This document shows positions 41,891 through 50,034 of a stretch of 64,000 nt of DNA, in pieces. The notes under the pieces are model-generated. The model saw only the letters and a list, made by a program, of their open reading frames with translations, had not been told where the DNA came from and did not search any database. Made by a program: the position numbers and the translations under genes. The first letter of the stretch is position 1; the number at the start of each line of letters is the position of its first letter. This DNA comes from Hyphomicrobium sp. (GTDB lineage Bacteria; Pseudomonadota; Alphaproteobacteria; Rhizobiales; Hyphomicrobiaceae). The stretch covers positions 75 to 64,074 of the forward strand of contig JAKFUV010000013.1 of the NCBI GenBank assembly GCA_021732485.1, read 5' to 3'.

Positions 41891-42697
41891 TCAGGAGACG
41901 AAAGTACGCTCGAAAAGATTAACCACTTCGGTCGTGGCCTCGACGAGATTAACCAGCGTTTCAACAACCGGCTCTCCGGTAAAGTGCTCAGTTTCTCCAA
42001 AGACTATATTGACGGTCGGTTCGGGATCGTTCTTTACCTCCACAGGAGGGGTCAGACTGATAGTGAGCGGGTGGCCCTGTGTTTGGACAGCCACATCCGG
42101 TGCCTGCGTAAATGTTCCGCCATCAGCACCCTGAATAACAATCCCGCGCTTAAAGCTGATCGCGTAGGGCGTGGTGATGAGCATCCTGTGTTTGTTGATA
42201 TTCTCGACCTTCCCGAGGTGCCATATGAAGGACGGTCCATCCAATCCTTTGTACGGCTTTACGTCATCGAGGATAAAGACCTTAGCCTTTGGGAAGGCCA
42301 CATGTACCGCCCCGTCGTTACCTTTGGTGGGCTTGGCAATCGCAAGATCAATGCTTATCTCCAGCTGCTCCCTCGTTTTATGTCGTGGAAAGGTTATCCT
42401 GCCGTTCTCAAGGGACGGATCGATTGCCCTTGCCAATCCGGACCAAAGAAAATCGATGGCACTGTTGAGTGCGTGAATAGCGTCGCCAAGGTGAAGCGGC
42501 AGGCCAACTGGGATGCCCTGTTTGGGTCCAATGCGGACGAGGCCGGAATGAAGATCAGCCTCTACGACGATGGGATACGAGTTGTTTGCTATGCTCGCGT
42601 CCACGAGCTGTTTGACGCCGTTGATGTGGTTTTTGGCCCATTCAATCTTGAACCTTGAATGGGCCACCGCCTCGGCTATTTTTTGATCGTCTGGCAT
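41891..42697 (-). CDS. Hypothetical passenger protein (possible HEPN-like nuclease)
   Basis: KIEWAKNHI, GDAIHALNSAID, ITFP, ENINKHR motifs; co-oriented with and directly downstream of the IS1595 transposase end. Confidence 0.65.
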   Translation of the reverse strand: MPDDQKIAEAVAHSRFKIEWAKNHINGVKQLVDASIANNSYPIVVEADLHSGLVRIGPKQGIPVGLPLHLGDAIHALNSAIDFLWSGLARAIDPSLENGRITFPRHKTREQLEISIDLAIAKPTKGNDGAVHVAFPKAKVFILDDVKPYKGLDGPSFIWHLGKVENINKHRMLITTPYAISFKRGIVIQGADGGTFTQAPDVAVQTQGHPLTISLTPPVEVKNDPEPTVNIVFGETEHFTGEPVVETLVNLVEATTEVVNLFERTFVS

Positions 42698-42717
42698 TCG
42701 TTCCGCGTTTTTTCGTG

Positions 42718-43030
42718 TCAGACGGCGCAGTCAATCGGCCGATAAGTCAACCGCTTGCCCTTTGCGCCCTTCACAGTTTTCAGCGCACGCTCTTTATCGT
42801 CAATCCCGAGACGAACGCGGTTGTTGTAGCGAAAATCGAACTCCGCCAGATAGCGGTGCAGACGCTTTTCCTTGCAGTGCTGATAGGTACCACGCATGCC
42901 GCGCTTGAACAGGCTGAAATAACCCTCAACCGTGTTTGTGTGGACGGTCTTGGCCGGCTCATTACGACGCGAAGCAACTTTCACGCTCAGCCGATGGGTT
43001 CCGACGCTGGCTCGCTTTGCCCAGGGTACG
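42718..43030 (-). pseudogene. IS1595-family DDE transposase, C-terminal fragment
   Basis: VHTNTVEGYFSLFKRGMRGTYQHC-x-EK-x-LHRYLAEFDFRYNNR...GKRLTY; N-terminal Zn ribbon and catalytic part absent. Confidence 0.88.
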
Positions 43031-43456
43031 GCGTAGTCTCCCTCCCTCCACATCGTCATCCCCGCGCGACTCCTTAGAAGTCCCTTTAGGGACAGGCGGG
43101 GACCCGTCCAAGTCTCCCACGCCTTCCCTCGCCAAAAGCTCGGCGTCAGAACGCGCCCAAGCAATCTCCCCGGTTGCGGGATCATACAGATTGCGCCACT
43201 CCGGGTTCATTTGCTCGATCAATCGATATTTCCATTCGCGACGCCAACGCTTGAGGAGTTTTTCTCGCGCAATTGCCGCTGGGATCGACTCGTGAAACTC
43301 GTAGTAGACGAGTATTTTAATTCTGTATTTTTTCGTGAAGCCGTCGAACACGCCCTGATCGTGTTGAGACATGCGATTGTTGATGTCGCTTGTCATGCCG
43401 ACATAAAATGTGCCGTAAGCTTTGCTGGCCAGAATGTAGACGCATGCGTTTTTCAT
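42962..43456 (-). CDS. GIY-YIG nuclease family protein (YhbQ-like small type)
   Basis: VYILAS...GTFYVGMTSD...R-x-x-QH...FTKKY...LVYYE...AIAREK-x-LKRWRREWK-x-x-LIE-x-x-NPEW-x-x-L. Confidence 0.92.
   Translation of the reverse strand: MKNACVYILASKAYGTFYVGMTSDINNRMSQHDQGVFDGFTKKYRIKILVYYEFHESIPAAIAREKLLKRWRREWKYRLIEQMNPEWRNLYDPATGEIAWARSDAELLAREGVGDLDGSPPVPKGTSKESRGDDDVEGGRLRRTLGKASQRRNPSAERESCFAS
43054..43112 (+). repeat. CGTC-tagged REP palindrome (left, with 26-nt internal insert)
   Basis: CGTCATCCCCGCGC-[GACTCCTTAGAAGTCCCTTTAGGGAC]-AGGCGGGGACCCGTCCAAG. Confidence 0.9.
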
Positions 43457-43480
43457 GATGCGACGATAGCACGTCGCTGG

Positions 43481-43513
43481 CTTGGACGGGTCCCCGCCTG
43501 CGCGGGGATGACG
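43481..43513 (-). repeat. CGTC-tagged REP palindrome (right, inverted, no insert)
   Basis: Reverse complement CGTCATCCCCGCGCAGGCGGGGACCCGTCCAAG; identical to the left copy minus the insert. Confidence 0.9.
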
Positions 43514-43687
43514 TTCTTCCGATTGATCACACGTCCCCGCGAGCAACCAGGTCCCCGCCTGTCCCTAAAGGGACTTCTAAGGAGTCGCGCGGGGATGACG
43601 TTCTTCCGATTGATCACACGTCCCCGCGAGCAACTGGGACCCCGCCTGTCCCTAAAGGGACTTCTAAGGAGTCGCGCGGGGATGACG
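43514..43687 (-). repeat. Two tandem 87-bp units, each ending in an insert-bearing REP
   Basis: 43514-43600 and 43601-43687 differ at only 3 positions. Confidence 0.9.
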
Positions 43688-43922
43688 TACTTTTAATTGA
43701 CGACGACCGTCGCGCGCGCTCACAGGCGGCCTTCGGCACCCACCAACATCGCCAGTTCCGCGATGGCAGCGGGACCTTGCAGACACGACCACCCTAGCCA
43801 CCACCGGAAACTTGTGCGGATATTGCGCGTTATTGACGCGTGACGCCTATCGCCTAAATTCGCTCGAAAAAGCGCATCAGCCGTGCAGATGGGCCGACGA
43901 CGGGAACTCAAGGGGACACACC

Positions 43923-44468
43923 ATGAAGAAATTCGTTTTCGCCGCGCTGCTGGCATTGTCGGCGGCGGTGAGCTTTATGCCGGCTGCAAAAGCCGCGTCA
44001 GCGCGCGAGATCAACGCCGGCGTGCGCGCCACGCTGGATAACTTCTTCTCCCAAATCCGCGGTTCGCGCGAGCTCGCCGACAAGGCCGTCGGCATTCTCG
44101 TGTTTCCCTCCGTCGTAAAGGCCGGCATCGGCATCGGCGGCGAGTACGGCGAAGGCGCGCTGTTGATCGGTGGGCAAACGGCCGATTACTACAACACCGT
44201 TTCTGCGTCGTTCGGCTTCCAGCTCGGCGTGCAGGAGCGTTCGGTCATCATTTGCTTCATGACCGATTCTGCACTCAGGCAATTTCGCAAGACCGCCGGG
44301 TGGAAAGTCGGCGTCGACGGCTCGGTTGCGATTATCACGGTCGGCGTTGGTGGCTCCATCGATACAAACAAAATCACCAGCCCCGTCGTCGGCTTCGTGC
44401 TCGACCCGAAAGGACTGATGTATAACCTGACACTCGAAGGCTCGAAGATCACGCGCATCTCGCGCTGA
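43923..44468 (+). CDS. Ysc84/SYLF-like lipid-binding exported protein
   Basis: Signal peptide; ILVFP-x-VVKAG-x-GIGGEYGEGAL, SFGFQLG, GW-x-VG-x-D, KGLM-x-x-LTLEGSKIT. Confidence 0.85.
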   Translation: MKKFVFAALLALSAAVSFMPAAKAASAREINAGVRATLDNFFSQIRGSRELADKAVGILVFPSVVKAGIGIGGEYGEGALLIGGQTADYYNTVSASFGFQLGVQERSVIICFMTDSALRQFRKTAGWKVGVDGSVAIITVGVGGSIDTNKITSPVVGFVLDPKGLMYNLTLEGSKITRISR

Positions 44469-44564
44469 GCGCGCCGCGGTCTTGCGTCGGTGATGGCGAT
44501 CGCCATAGCTATGCGCCATGGCACCCGGCCAGCATCTCAATAACGATCGACAGGACCACCGACC

Positions 44565-44924
44565 ATGACCACAACCACGACCGCATCCGGCTTGCAGATC
44601 ACCGACGCGACTGTCGGCACCGGCGCGACACCCAAGACCGGACAAACGTGTGTGATGCACTACACGGGCTGGCTTTATAACGACGGCGTCAAGGGCAAGA
44701 AGTTCGACTCCTCCGTCGATCGTGGCCAGCCGTTCGAATTCAGTATCGGCGTTGGACAGGTGATCAAAGGCTGGGATGAAGGCGTCGCGTCGATGCAGGT
44801 CGGCGGCAAACGCACACTCATCATTCCCGCAGCTCTCGGCTATGGCGCACGCGGCGCTGGCGGCGCCATTCCGCCGAACGCGACGCTGATGTTCGATGTC
44901 GAACTGCTCGATATTGTGCAGTAG
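44565..44924 (+). CDS. FKBP-type peptidyl-prolyl isomerase
   Basis: HYTGWL, KFDSSVDRGQPF, VIKGWDEG, LGYGARG...IPPNATL-x-FDVEL. Confidence 0.95.
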   Translation: MTTTTTASGLQITDATVGTGATPKTGQTCVMHYTGWLYNDGVKGKKFDSSVDRGQPFEFSIGVGQVIKGWDEGVASMQVGGKRTLIIPAALGYGARGAGGAIPPNATLMFDVELLDIVQ

Positions 44925-45147
44925 CGGTACGGATGATTGGACCCCGTGTCCGGTTGGCGCTCGCTCGAATGCGGGCGCGATCGCACACGCAGCGCCCGAT
45001 CGTTGAGTGCGTCGCGCTCACGGGCTGGTCGAAGGTCTTATCGAAAGTCGCATGTCGGTTTTTAAGTGTTAATTAGGAATGCCGTAGCGCCATATCGGGA
45101 CACCGCTTAAGCTTTTGGTCGTAAATCGCTGTCGGTGGATTTCGATC

Positions 45148-45402
45148 ATGAGAGCCAAAGTGCCGCCTTCACGCACTGGTCAGCGGCTGCTGCTTGGCGG
45201 TAAAATCGTCTTCAATGAGCGTTCATCCGTCATGGATTGCACCGTTCGTAGTTTGTCTGAGGACGGCGCTGAATTGCGACTACCGAACACATTATATGTG
45301 CCGCGCGCCTTCCATCTGGTGGTCAAGCCTCACAACAAGACTTATGCCTGTGAAGTGGCCTGGCGGACCGCGACCGATATCGGCGTAACGTTCGCCACAT
45401 AA
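45148..45402 (+). CDS. PilZ domain protein (degenerate c-di-GMP motifs)
   Basis: GKIVFN...MDCTVRSLSEDGAEL...CEVAWR...IGV-x-F. Confidence 0.75.
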   Translation: MRAKVPPSRTGQRLLLGGKIVFNERSSVMDCTVRSLSEDGAELRLPNTLYVPRAFHLVVKPHNKTYACEVAWRTATDIGVTFAT

Positions 45403-45469
45403 GCCCATCGGAGAATGGACAAGTGGGCATATCTCATCGCGCGTTTTACCGACACGCAGCCGCTACAGC

Positions 45470-45739
45470 ATGCTACAATCGGTCATGAGCGACTTTTCAT
45501 ACGCCGCCCCCGGTGACCTTTTCGTTGCGACCTCGATGCGCCGCAACGGCGCCGTGAAGTATCAGCGCTTTGACACGGCTGCCGACGCCTTGCGGTACGC
45601 CATTGAAAAACTCGAGCCCGCCGTGCTGAAGGGCACGGTGCTCGAAGTCGATGAAGACCGCTATGACGCAGCCGCCATGCGTTCACTGTACGATAGCGCC
45701 GATTACCCGTTGCCACGGGCCGCTTCAGCGGCAGGCTGA
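45470..45739 (+). CDS. Conserved small hypothetical protein
   Basis: FSYAAP-x-DLF...YQRFDTAADALRYAIE...LEVDE-x-RY...LYDS-x-DYPL-x-R, a Rhizobiales family pattern. Confidence 0.75.
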   Translation: MLQSVMSDFSYAAPGDLFVATSMRRNGAVKYQRFDTAADALRYAIEKLEPAVLKGTVLEVDEDRYDAAAMRSLYDSADYPLPRAASAAG

Positions 45740-45894
45740 TCCCGACTTTTGAGCCGCCAGGCCACTGAAAAGCGACAAGCTTTTTTGTCGCCTAAACGCG
45801 TTGTTCCGTGCGGAACCGCACCGCATCATCAAACATTTCTAGATGAGCATTGCACGCGCTTCCTGCGTGGGTTCACGTTCAGAAAGGCTTCTCC

Positions 45895-46686
45895 ATGACC
45901 TTGCTCTCGCAGTCCCGCGCCTCGGTTGGCAGCCTCATCGCAACTCTCGCCGCGATCGTGAGCACGCCGGCGACCGCCGGCGCCGACCCCACTGGGGTTT
46001 GGATCAACGACACGGGCCGCGGCGCCGTCGAGATCGAGCCGTGTGGCACTAAATTGTGTGGCCACGTTGTGTGGGTGAAAGATCAAGCCGACGCTCAGAA
46101 AGGCTGCGGCAAGCAAATCATCGGCGATGTTGCAGCGTCGGGCGGCAGCTCATGGGACGGTGGATGGATTTACAGCCCCGAGCGCCGCCGCAACTTTAAC
46201 GTCGAATTGCGCCGATTGAACAACGGCAATTTGCGCGTCATGGGATACGCCGGAACACGGCTGTTTTCTCGCACGATGATTTGGACACCGGCACCGGCCG
46301 ACTTGCCGCGCTGCACCTCGCAAGATGCGGCCGCCAAGCGCGACACGCCCGCCTCGCCGATAGCGGCACCTGCTGCCAACACAACGACGGCGGCGGCATC
46401 GCCAAGCGTCGCTCCGCCGCCAGACAAAACCGAAGGCGTCAGGCAAGCCGCGCCTTTGCCATCGACACTGCCCGCTGTAACTCAGGACCCCGTCGCCAAG
46501 GGCACGGCCGCTGAACCGGCTTCGTCAGACGAGGCCTCAGCCGAAAGTGACGTTGACAAGCCAGCCGGTGGATTGAAAATCGGCGGCGTCGATATCGAGA
46601 AAGTTCTGACGAAGACGGCGGCGGGCAAATGCAAACTCGATCTGCCCTGGGTCAAAATCAACTTCGATTGCGACCGGCGCGATTGA
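45895..46686 (+). CDS. DUF2147 domain secreted protein with Pro/Ala-rich tail
   Basis: DPTGVW...AVEI-x-PCG-x-KLCG-x-VVW, W-x-GGWIYSPE, L-x-V-x-GY-x-G. Confidence 0.82.
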   Translation: MTLLSQSRASVGSLIATLAAIVSTPATAGADPTGVWINDTGRGAVEIEPCGTKLCGHVVWVKDQADAQKGCGKQIIGDVAASGGSSWDGGWIYSPERRRNFNVELRRLNNGNLRVMGYAGTRLFSRTMIWTPAPADLPRCTSQDAAAKRDTPASPIAAPAANTTTAAASPSVAPPPDKTEGVRQAAPLPSTLPAVTQDPVAKGTAAEPASSDEASAESDVDKPAGGLKIGGVDIEKVLTKTAAGKCKLDLPWVKINFDCDRRD

Positions 46687-46712
46687 TCGAACCCGCAGCT
46701 TTTCCGAATGCA

Positions 46713-46748
46713 CAAAAAACAAAGCCCGCTCGAATTGGAGCGGGCTTC
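46713..46748 (-). terminator. Terminator hairpin downstream of pqqA (convergent with DUF2147)
   Basis: AAGCCCGCTC-GAATTG-GAGCGGGCTT with an A-run on the left. Confidence 0.7.
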
Positions 46749-46843
46749 CATATATTTCAATCGATGTCCGACCGTGATCAACGGAACGCGGCGGAGGAGC
46801 TCTAGCCCATCCGCCGCGTTGAATTCTTCAAGACGTGACCAAT

Positions 46844-46933
46844 TTAGATCAGGTCGATTTCGGCCGGCAGGTACGACGTCACTTCTAGGCCGACTTCCTG
46901 CTCGCGAACGGCAGGCTTGTTCCAGATTTTCAT
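46844..46933 (-). CDS. pqqA: PQQ precursor peptide MKIWNKPAVREQEVGLEVTSYLPAEIDLI
   Basis: GGAGG RBS; W-x-KP...GLEVTSY (Glu-x3-Tyr) hallmark; 29 aa. Confidence 0.92.
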   Translation of the reverse strand: MKIWNKPAVREQEVGLEVTSYLPAEIDLI

Positions 46934-47118
46934 GATGTCCTCCAGTAGACTTTTGAAACCGTTTCATTTCAACAATTAAGACGGTAGTCGTTTTCGCTGA
47001 TAACGTCCAATCGCAATCGCGTGAGAATTTAGTTAGAAACGCTTATGGCAGGCCTTGTCAGCCCTGATCGTCAGACGCATAAGTTCGCCGCGGAGTTCGC
47101 TTTGACCGGAGATTGCAC

Positions 47119-47370
47119 ATGCCGATGGCCGCCGCCGATATCGAACGGATGATCAAAGACAAGTTTCCCGACGCAGATATTGCGCTGAAGGACTTGGCTG
47201 GAGACGACGATCATTGGGCGGCGCACGTCGTGTCGGCGGCTTTTAAAGGCAAAAGCCGCGTGCAGCAGCACCAAATGGTCTATGATGCGCTCGGCGGTCG
47301 CATGGGCGGCGTGTTGCACGCGTTGCAGTTGACGACGGCGGTGCCCCCCGTCGATCCTAGCGGCAATTGA
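47119..47370 (+). CDS. bolA: BolA family protein
   Basis: DLAGDDDHW, F-x-GKSRVQQHQMVY, LHALQL. Confidence 0.93.
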   Translation: MPMAAADIERMIKDKFPDADIALKDLAGDDDHWAAHVVSAAFKGKSRVQQHQMVYDALGGRMGGVLHALQLTTAVPPVDPSGN

Positions 47371-47452
47371 CACGCGGCGTTACACGCACCAAATCTGGCG
47401 CTCGACATCCACTTATTTCGGCGGGCGACTTGCCCTTCACGGAGTTCCGAAA

Positions 47453-47797
47453 ATGGCCGAAGATCAGACTCACGCCCAGATCGCCACCATGATCGCCGAC
47501 AACGATATCGTGCTGTTCATGAAGGGCACCAAGCAATTTCCCCAGTGCGGGTTCTCGGCGACGGCCGCTAAGATTCTTGAGCACTTGGGCGTTCCCTACA
47601 AAGACGTCAACGTTCTGGAAGATCCAGGCGTTCGCGACGGCATCAAAGCCTTTTCAAATTGGCCGACAATTCCGCAGCTTTACGTCAAGGGCGAGTTTGT
47701 CGGCGGCTGCGATATCATGCGCGAAATGTACACCGCCGGGGAGCTGCACGACCTGATCTGCGCAAAGGGCATTCCGCACGCCCACCATCACGGCTGA
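47453..47797 (+). CDS. grxD: Monothiol glutaredoxin Grx4
   Basis: LFMKGT, PQCGFS, WPTIPQLY, GGCDI. Confidence 0.96.
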   Translation: MAEDQTHAQIATMIADNDIVLFMKGTKQFPQCGFSATAAKILEHLGVPYKDVNVLEDPGVRDGIKAFSNWPTIPQLYVKGEFVGGCDIMREMYTAGELHDLICAKGIPHAHHHG

Positions 47798-47985
47798 GGA
47801 GAAACCGTCCGCGCCGGCCGGCTCTTGTAATCACGGTCCATTTTGCGTCGGGAAACCGTGACGGGCCGGGGACTAACGGTGTGATTTCGCCCCGCCCTCT
47901 TTTTGCCGTCAGCCAATGATCGGAAGGTTAGACGCCGGTTTATGCTCGGCGCTCTCCATTCTGCTTCTGGAGAGGCACAAGAGGG

Positions 47986-49050
47986 ATGGCAATGCGCCTC
48001 GGCGGCCGACGCTTCTTTCTCAGCCTCACCATCCTGGCCGCGAGCGTTTGCTTGGCGCTCGGCATCACGCTGCCCATTCTCAAGCTGACGACGATGGCGT
48101 TTTGGACTACCGAGCACTCGCTGATCTCGACGGTCAACGTGCTGCTTCGCGACGGTCAGACGTTTCTCGGCATGATCGTGCTGGTGTTCTCCATCGTTCT
48201 GCCGGTGACGAAACTTCTCTATCTGCTTCTCGTCTCAACGCTGCCGCCGGTCGAAATCGTGCGCCAGCGTCGCCGGTTGCGGGCGCTCGAATGGCTCGGT
48301 AAATGGTCGATGCATGACGTCCTGGTCCTGGCGTTGACGATCTTCTTCGTCAAAAGCCAAGGCGTCTACGATGCCGCGAGCTTGAACGGCGTCTACTTTT
48401 TTACAGCCGCCGTCGTGCTGATGATGCTCGCCTATTCGTGGATCAGAACCGATGGTCTCGCCGCATCGCCGCAGCTCGCGCCGGTGGTGCTAGAACCAGA
48501 CATCGGCGCCAAACCGAAACGAACGGGGGTACGTAATTTCGTTCTCAGCTTTCTGATCATTCTCGCGACCGTGTTCTTCGCGCTCGGCGTGATCCTGCCG
48601 ACCATTCGCTTCACCACCGTCTATGTGTGGACCAACGAGCACTCGATCCTCACCATCATTTATGCGCTGTTTGAAAACGATGAATTATTTTTGTGCGCCG
48701 TTGTCTTTGCCGTTTCGGTGTTCTTCCCGTTCTTGAAGTTGTTTTATTTGCTGACGCTGCTGACCTCGCACGACATGCCGGATGACTTCCGGCAAAAATC
48801 GATTGCCACCATGGAGTGGCTCGGACGCTATTCGATGACTGACGTCATGGTGCTTGCGCTGATGATCTTTTACGTCAACTCTTCGGGCTACACGGAGGCT
48901 CGCGTGCTGCCGGGCGTCTATTTCTTTGCAGCCTCGGCCCTGATGACGATGCTGGCCTACGGCTGGGTGCACGCCAGTCCGCCCGCCCAGCGCCGGCGCG
49001 CTGGCGGCGGCCCTGCTGTCAATCTCCGCCGCCGCCAGCGCGCTGCGTGA
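47986..49050 (+). CDS. Paraquat-inducible protein A (tandem PqiA domains)
   Basis: Two repeats ending LGKWSMHDV and LGRYSMTDV. Confidence 0.82.
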   Translation: MAMRLGGRRFFLSLTILAASVCLALGITLPILKLTTMAFWTTEHSLISTVNVLLRDGQTFLGMIVLVFSIVLPVTKLLYLLLVSTLPPVEIVRQRRRLRALEWLGKWSMHDVLVLALTIFFVKSQGVYDAASLNGVYFFTAAVVLMMLAYSWIRTDGLAASPQLAPVVLEPDIGAKPKRTGVRNFVLSFLIILATVFFALGVILPTIRFTTVYVWTNEHSILTIIYALFENDELFLCAVVFAVSVFFPFLKLFYLLTLLTSHDMPDDFRQKSIATMEWLGRYSMTDVMVLALMIFYVNSSGYTEARVLPGVYFFAASALMTMLAYGWVHASPPAQRRRAGGGPAVNLRRRQRAA

Positions 49051-49065
49051 CGCCCACGGACCCAT

Positions 49066-49095
49066 GAAAAAAGGCCGCCCCACGGGACGGCCTTT
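49066..49095. terminator. Rho-independent terminator (rpsD/pqiA convergent)
   Basis: AAAAAAGGCCGCCC-CAC-GGGACGGCCTTT. Confidence 0.75.
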
Positions 49096-49190
49096 GTCGA
49101 GATAAATTGCGCGCGGCCTCAGGTCGCGAGTTTCACCGGCACGCTTGGCGGCCGGCTCCGCGACGCGGAGTCGCCAAGCGCCATGAACAA

Positions 49191-49808
49191 CTACCGCGAA
49201 TAGAACTCGACCACGAGGTTCGGTTCCATTTGCACCGGATAGGGGACGTCGGCCAGTGCCGGTATCCGCGTCAGTGCGGCTGTCAGTTTGTTGTGATCGG
49301 CATTGATGTAATCGGGCACATCGCGCTCAACGCTCTTGATCGCTTCAAGCACCAGGCCGAGCTGCTTGGCCTTCTCCTTGACTTCGACGACGTCGCCAAT
49401 GCGCACGCGGTAGCTCGGGATCGTCACGCGGCTGCCATTCACCGTCACATGGCCATGCGACACGAACTGACGGGCGGCAAACACGGTCGGCACGAACTTG
49501 GCGCGATAGACGAGCGCATCGAGACGACGCTCGAGCAGGCCGATCAGGTGTTCGGACGTCGAACCCTTCATGCTCGACGCTTCGGCATAAATGGCGCGGA
49601 ATTGACGCTCGGACACCGACGCGTAATAGCCTTTGAGCTTCTGCTTGGCTTTGAGCTGCTGGCCGAAGTCGGAGAGCTTGCCGGTGCGGCGCTCACCGTG
49701 CTGGCCGGGGCGGCTCTCACGTTTGTTGAGCGGGCTCTTTGGCCGGCCCCAGATGTTTTCGCCAAGGCGGCGGTCGATTTTATGCTTGGCGCGGATACGC
49801 TTCGTCAT
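49191..49808 (-). CDS. rpsD: 30S ribosomal protein S4
   Basis: [45 protein letters not shown]. Confidence 0.98.
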   Translation of the reverse strand: MTKRIRAKHKIDRRLGENIWGRPKSPLNKRESRPGQHGERRTGKLSDFGQQLKAKQKLKGYYASVSERQFRAIYAEASSMKGSTSEHLIGLLERRLDALVYRAKFVPTVFAARQFVSHGHVTVNGSRVTIPSYRVRIGDVVEVKEKAKQLGLVLEAIKSVERDVPDYINADHNKLTAALTRIPALADVPYPVQMEPNLVVEFYSR

Positions 49809-50034
49809 CGTCTAGCACTCCATGAGTTGTCGAGGACACCGAAGACAATCTCCGGGACCCGCTCGGAGCGCCCCCTCCTCTGCCCTCTCATCGAGGGCCG
49901 ACAGGCATGGACCTTCAATAGTCCCGCCCCGGGTGCGCAGAAATCAAACGCGGGCCTCAAGGACCCGCGATGGTGGTGTCGTACTTGCCTAGAGCTGATC
50001 CGTCAACTCCGCTGCATCGTCGCGACCACGCGCC

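Larger units (their letters stand above)
41608..43050 (-). mobile_element. Truncated IS1595-family element with passenger genes
   Basis: Transposase C-terminus at 42718-~43030, two downstream passenger ORFs, more AT-rich DNA, candidate terminal IR GGGGATTGCGTGTTTCACGCAC at 41608. Confidence 0.65.

Noticed and set aside
42718-43185. 155-aa ORF as an intact transposase
   Set aside because: Its N-terminal third is translated REP and GIY-YIG overlap; only the C-terminal IS1595 part is genuine.
43481-43687. Possible CRISPR array
   Set aside because: The intervening sequences are identical rather than unique spacers, the repeats are REP palindromes, and no cas genes are present.
43211-43696. 161-aa ORF with repeated PRLSLKGLLRSRAGMT
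   Set aside because: Translation of the 87-bp (29-codon) tandem repeat plus the antisense of the nuclease gene.
45060-45112. CtrA boxes upstream of the PilZ gene
   Set aside because: Only half-sites or imperfect TTAA-N7-TTAG matches in AT-rich DNA.
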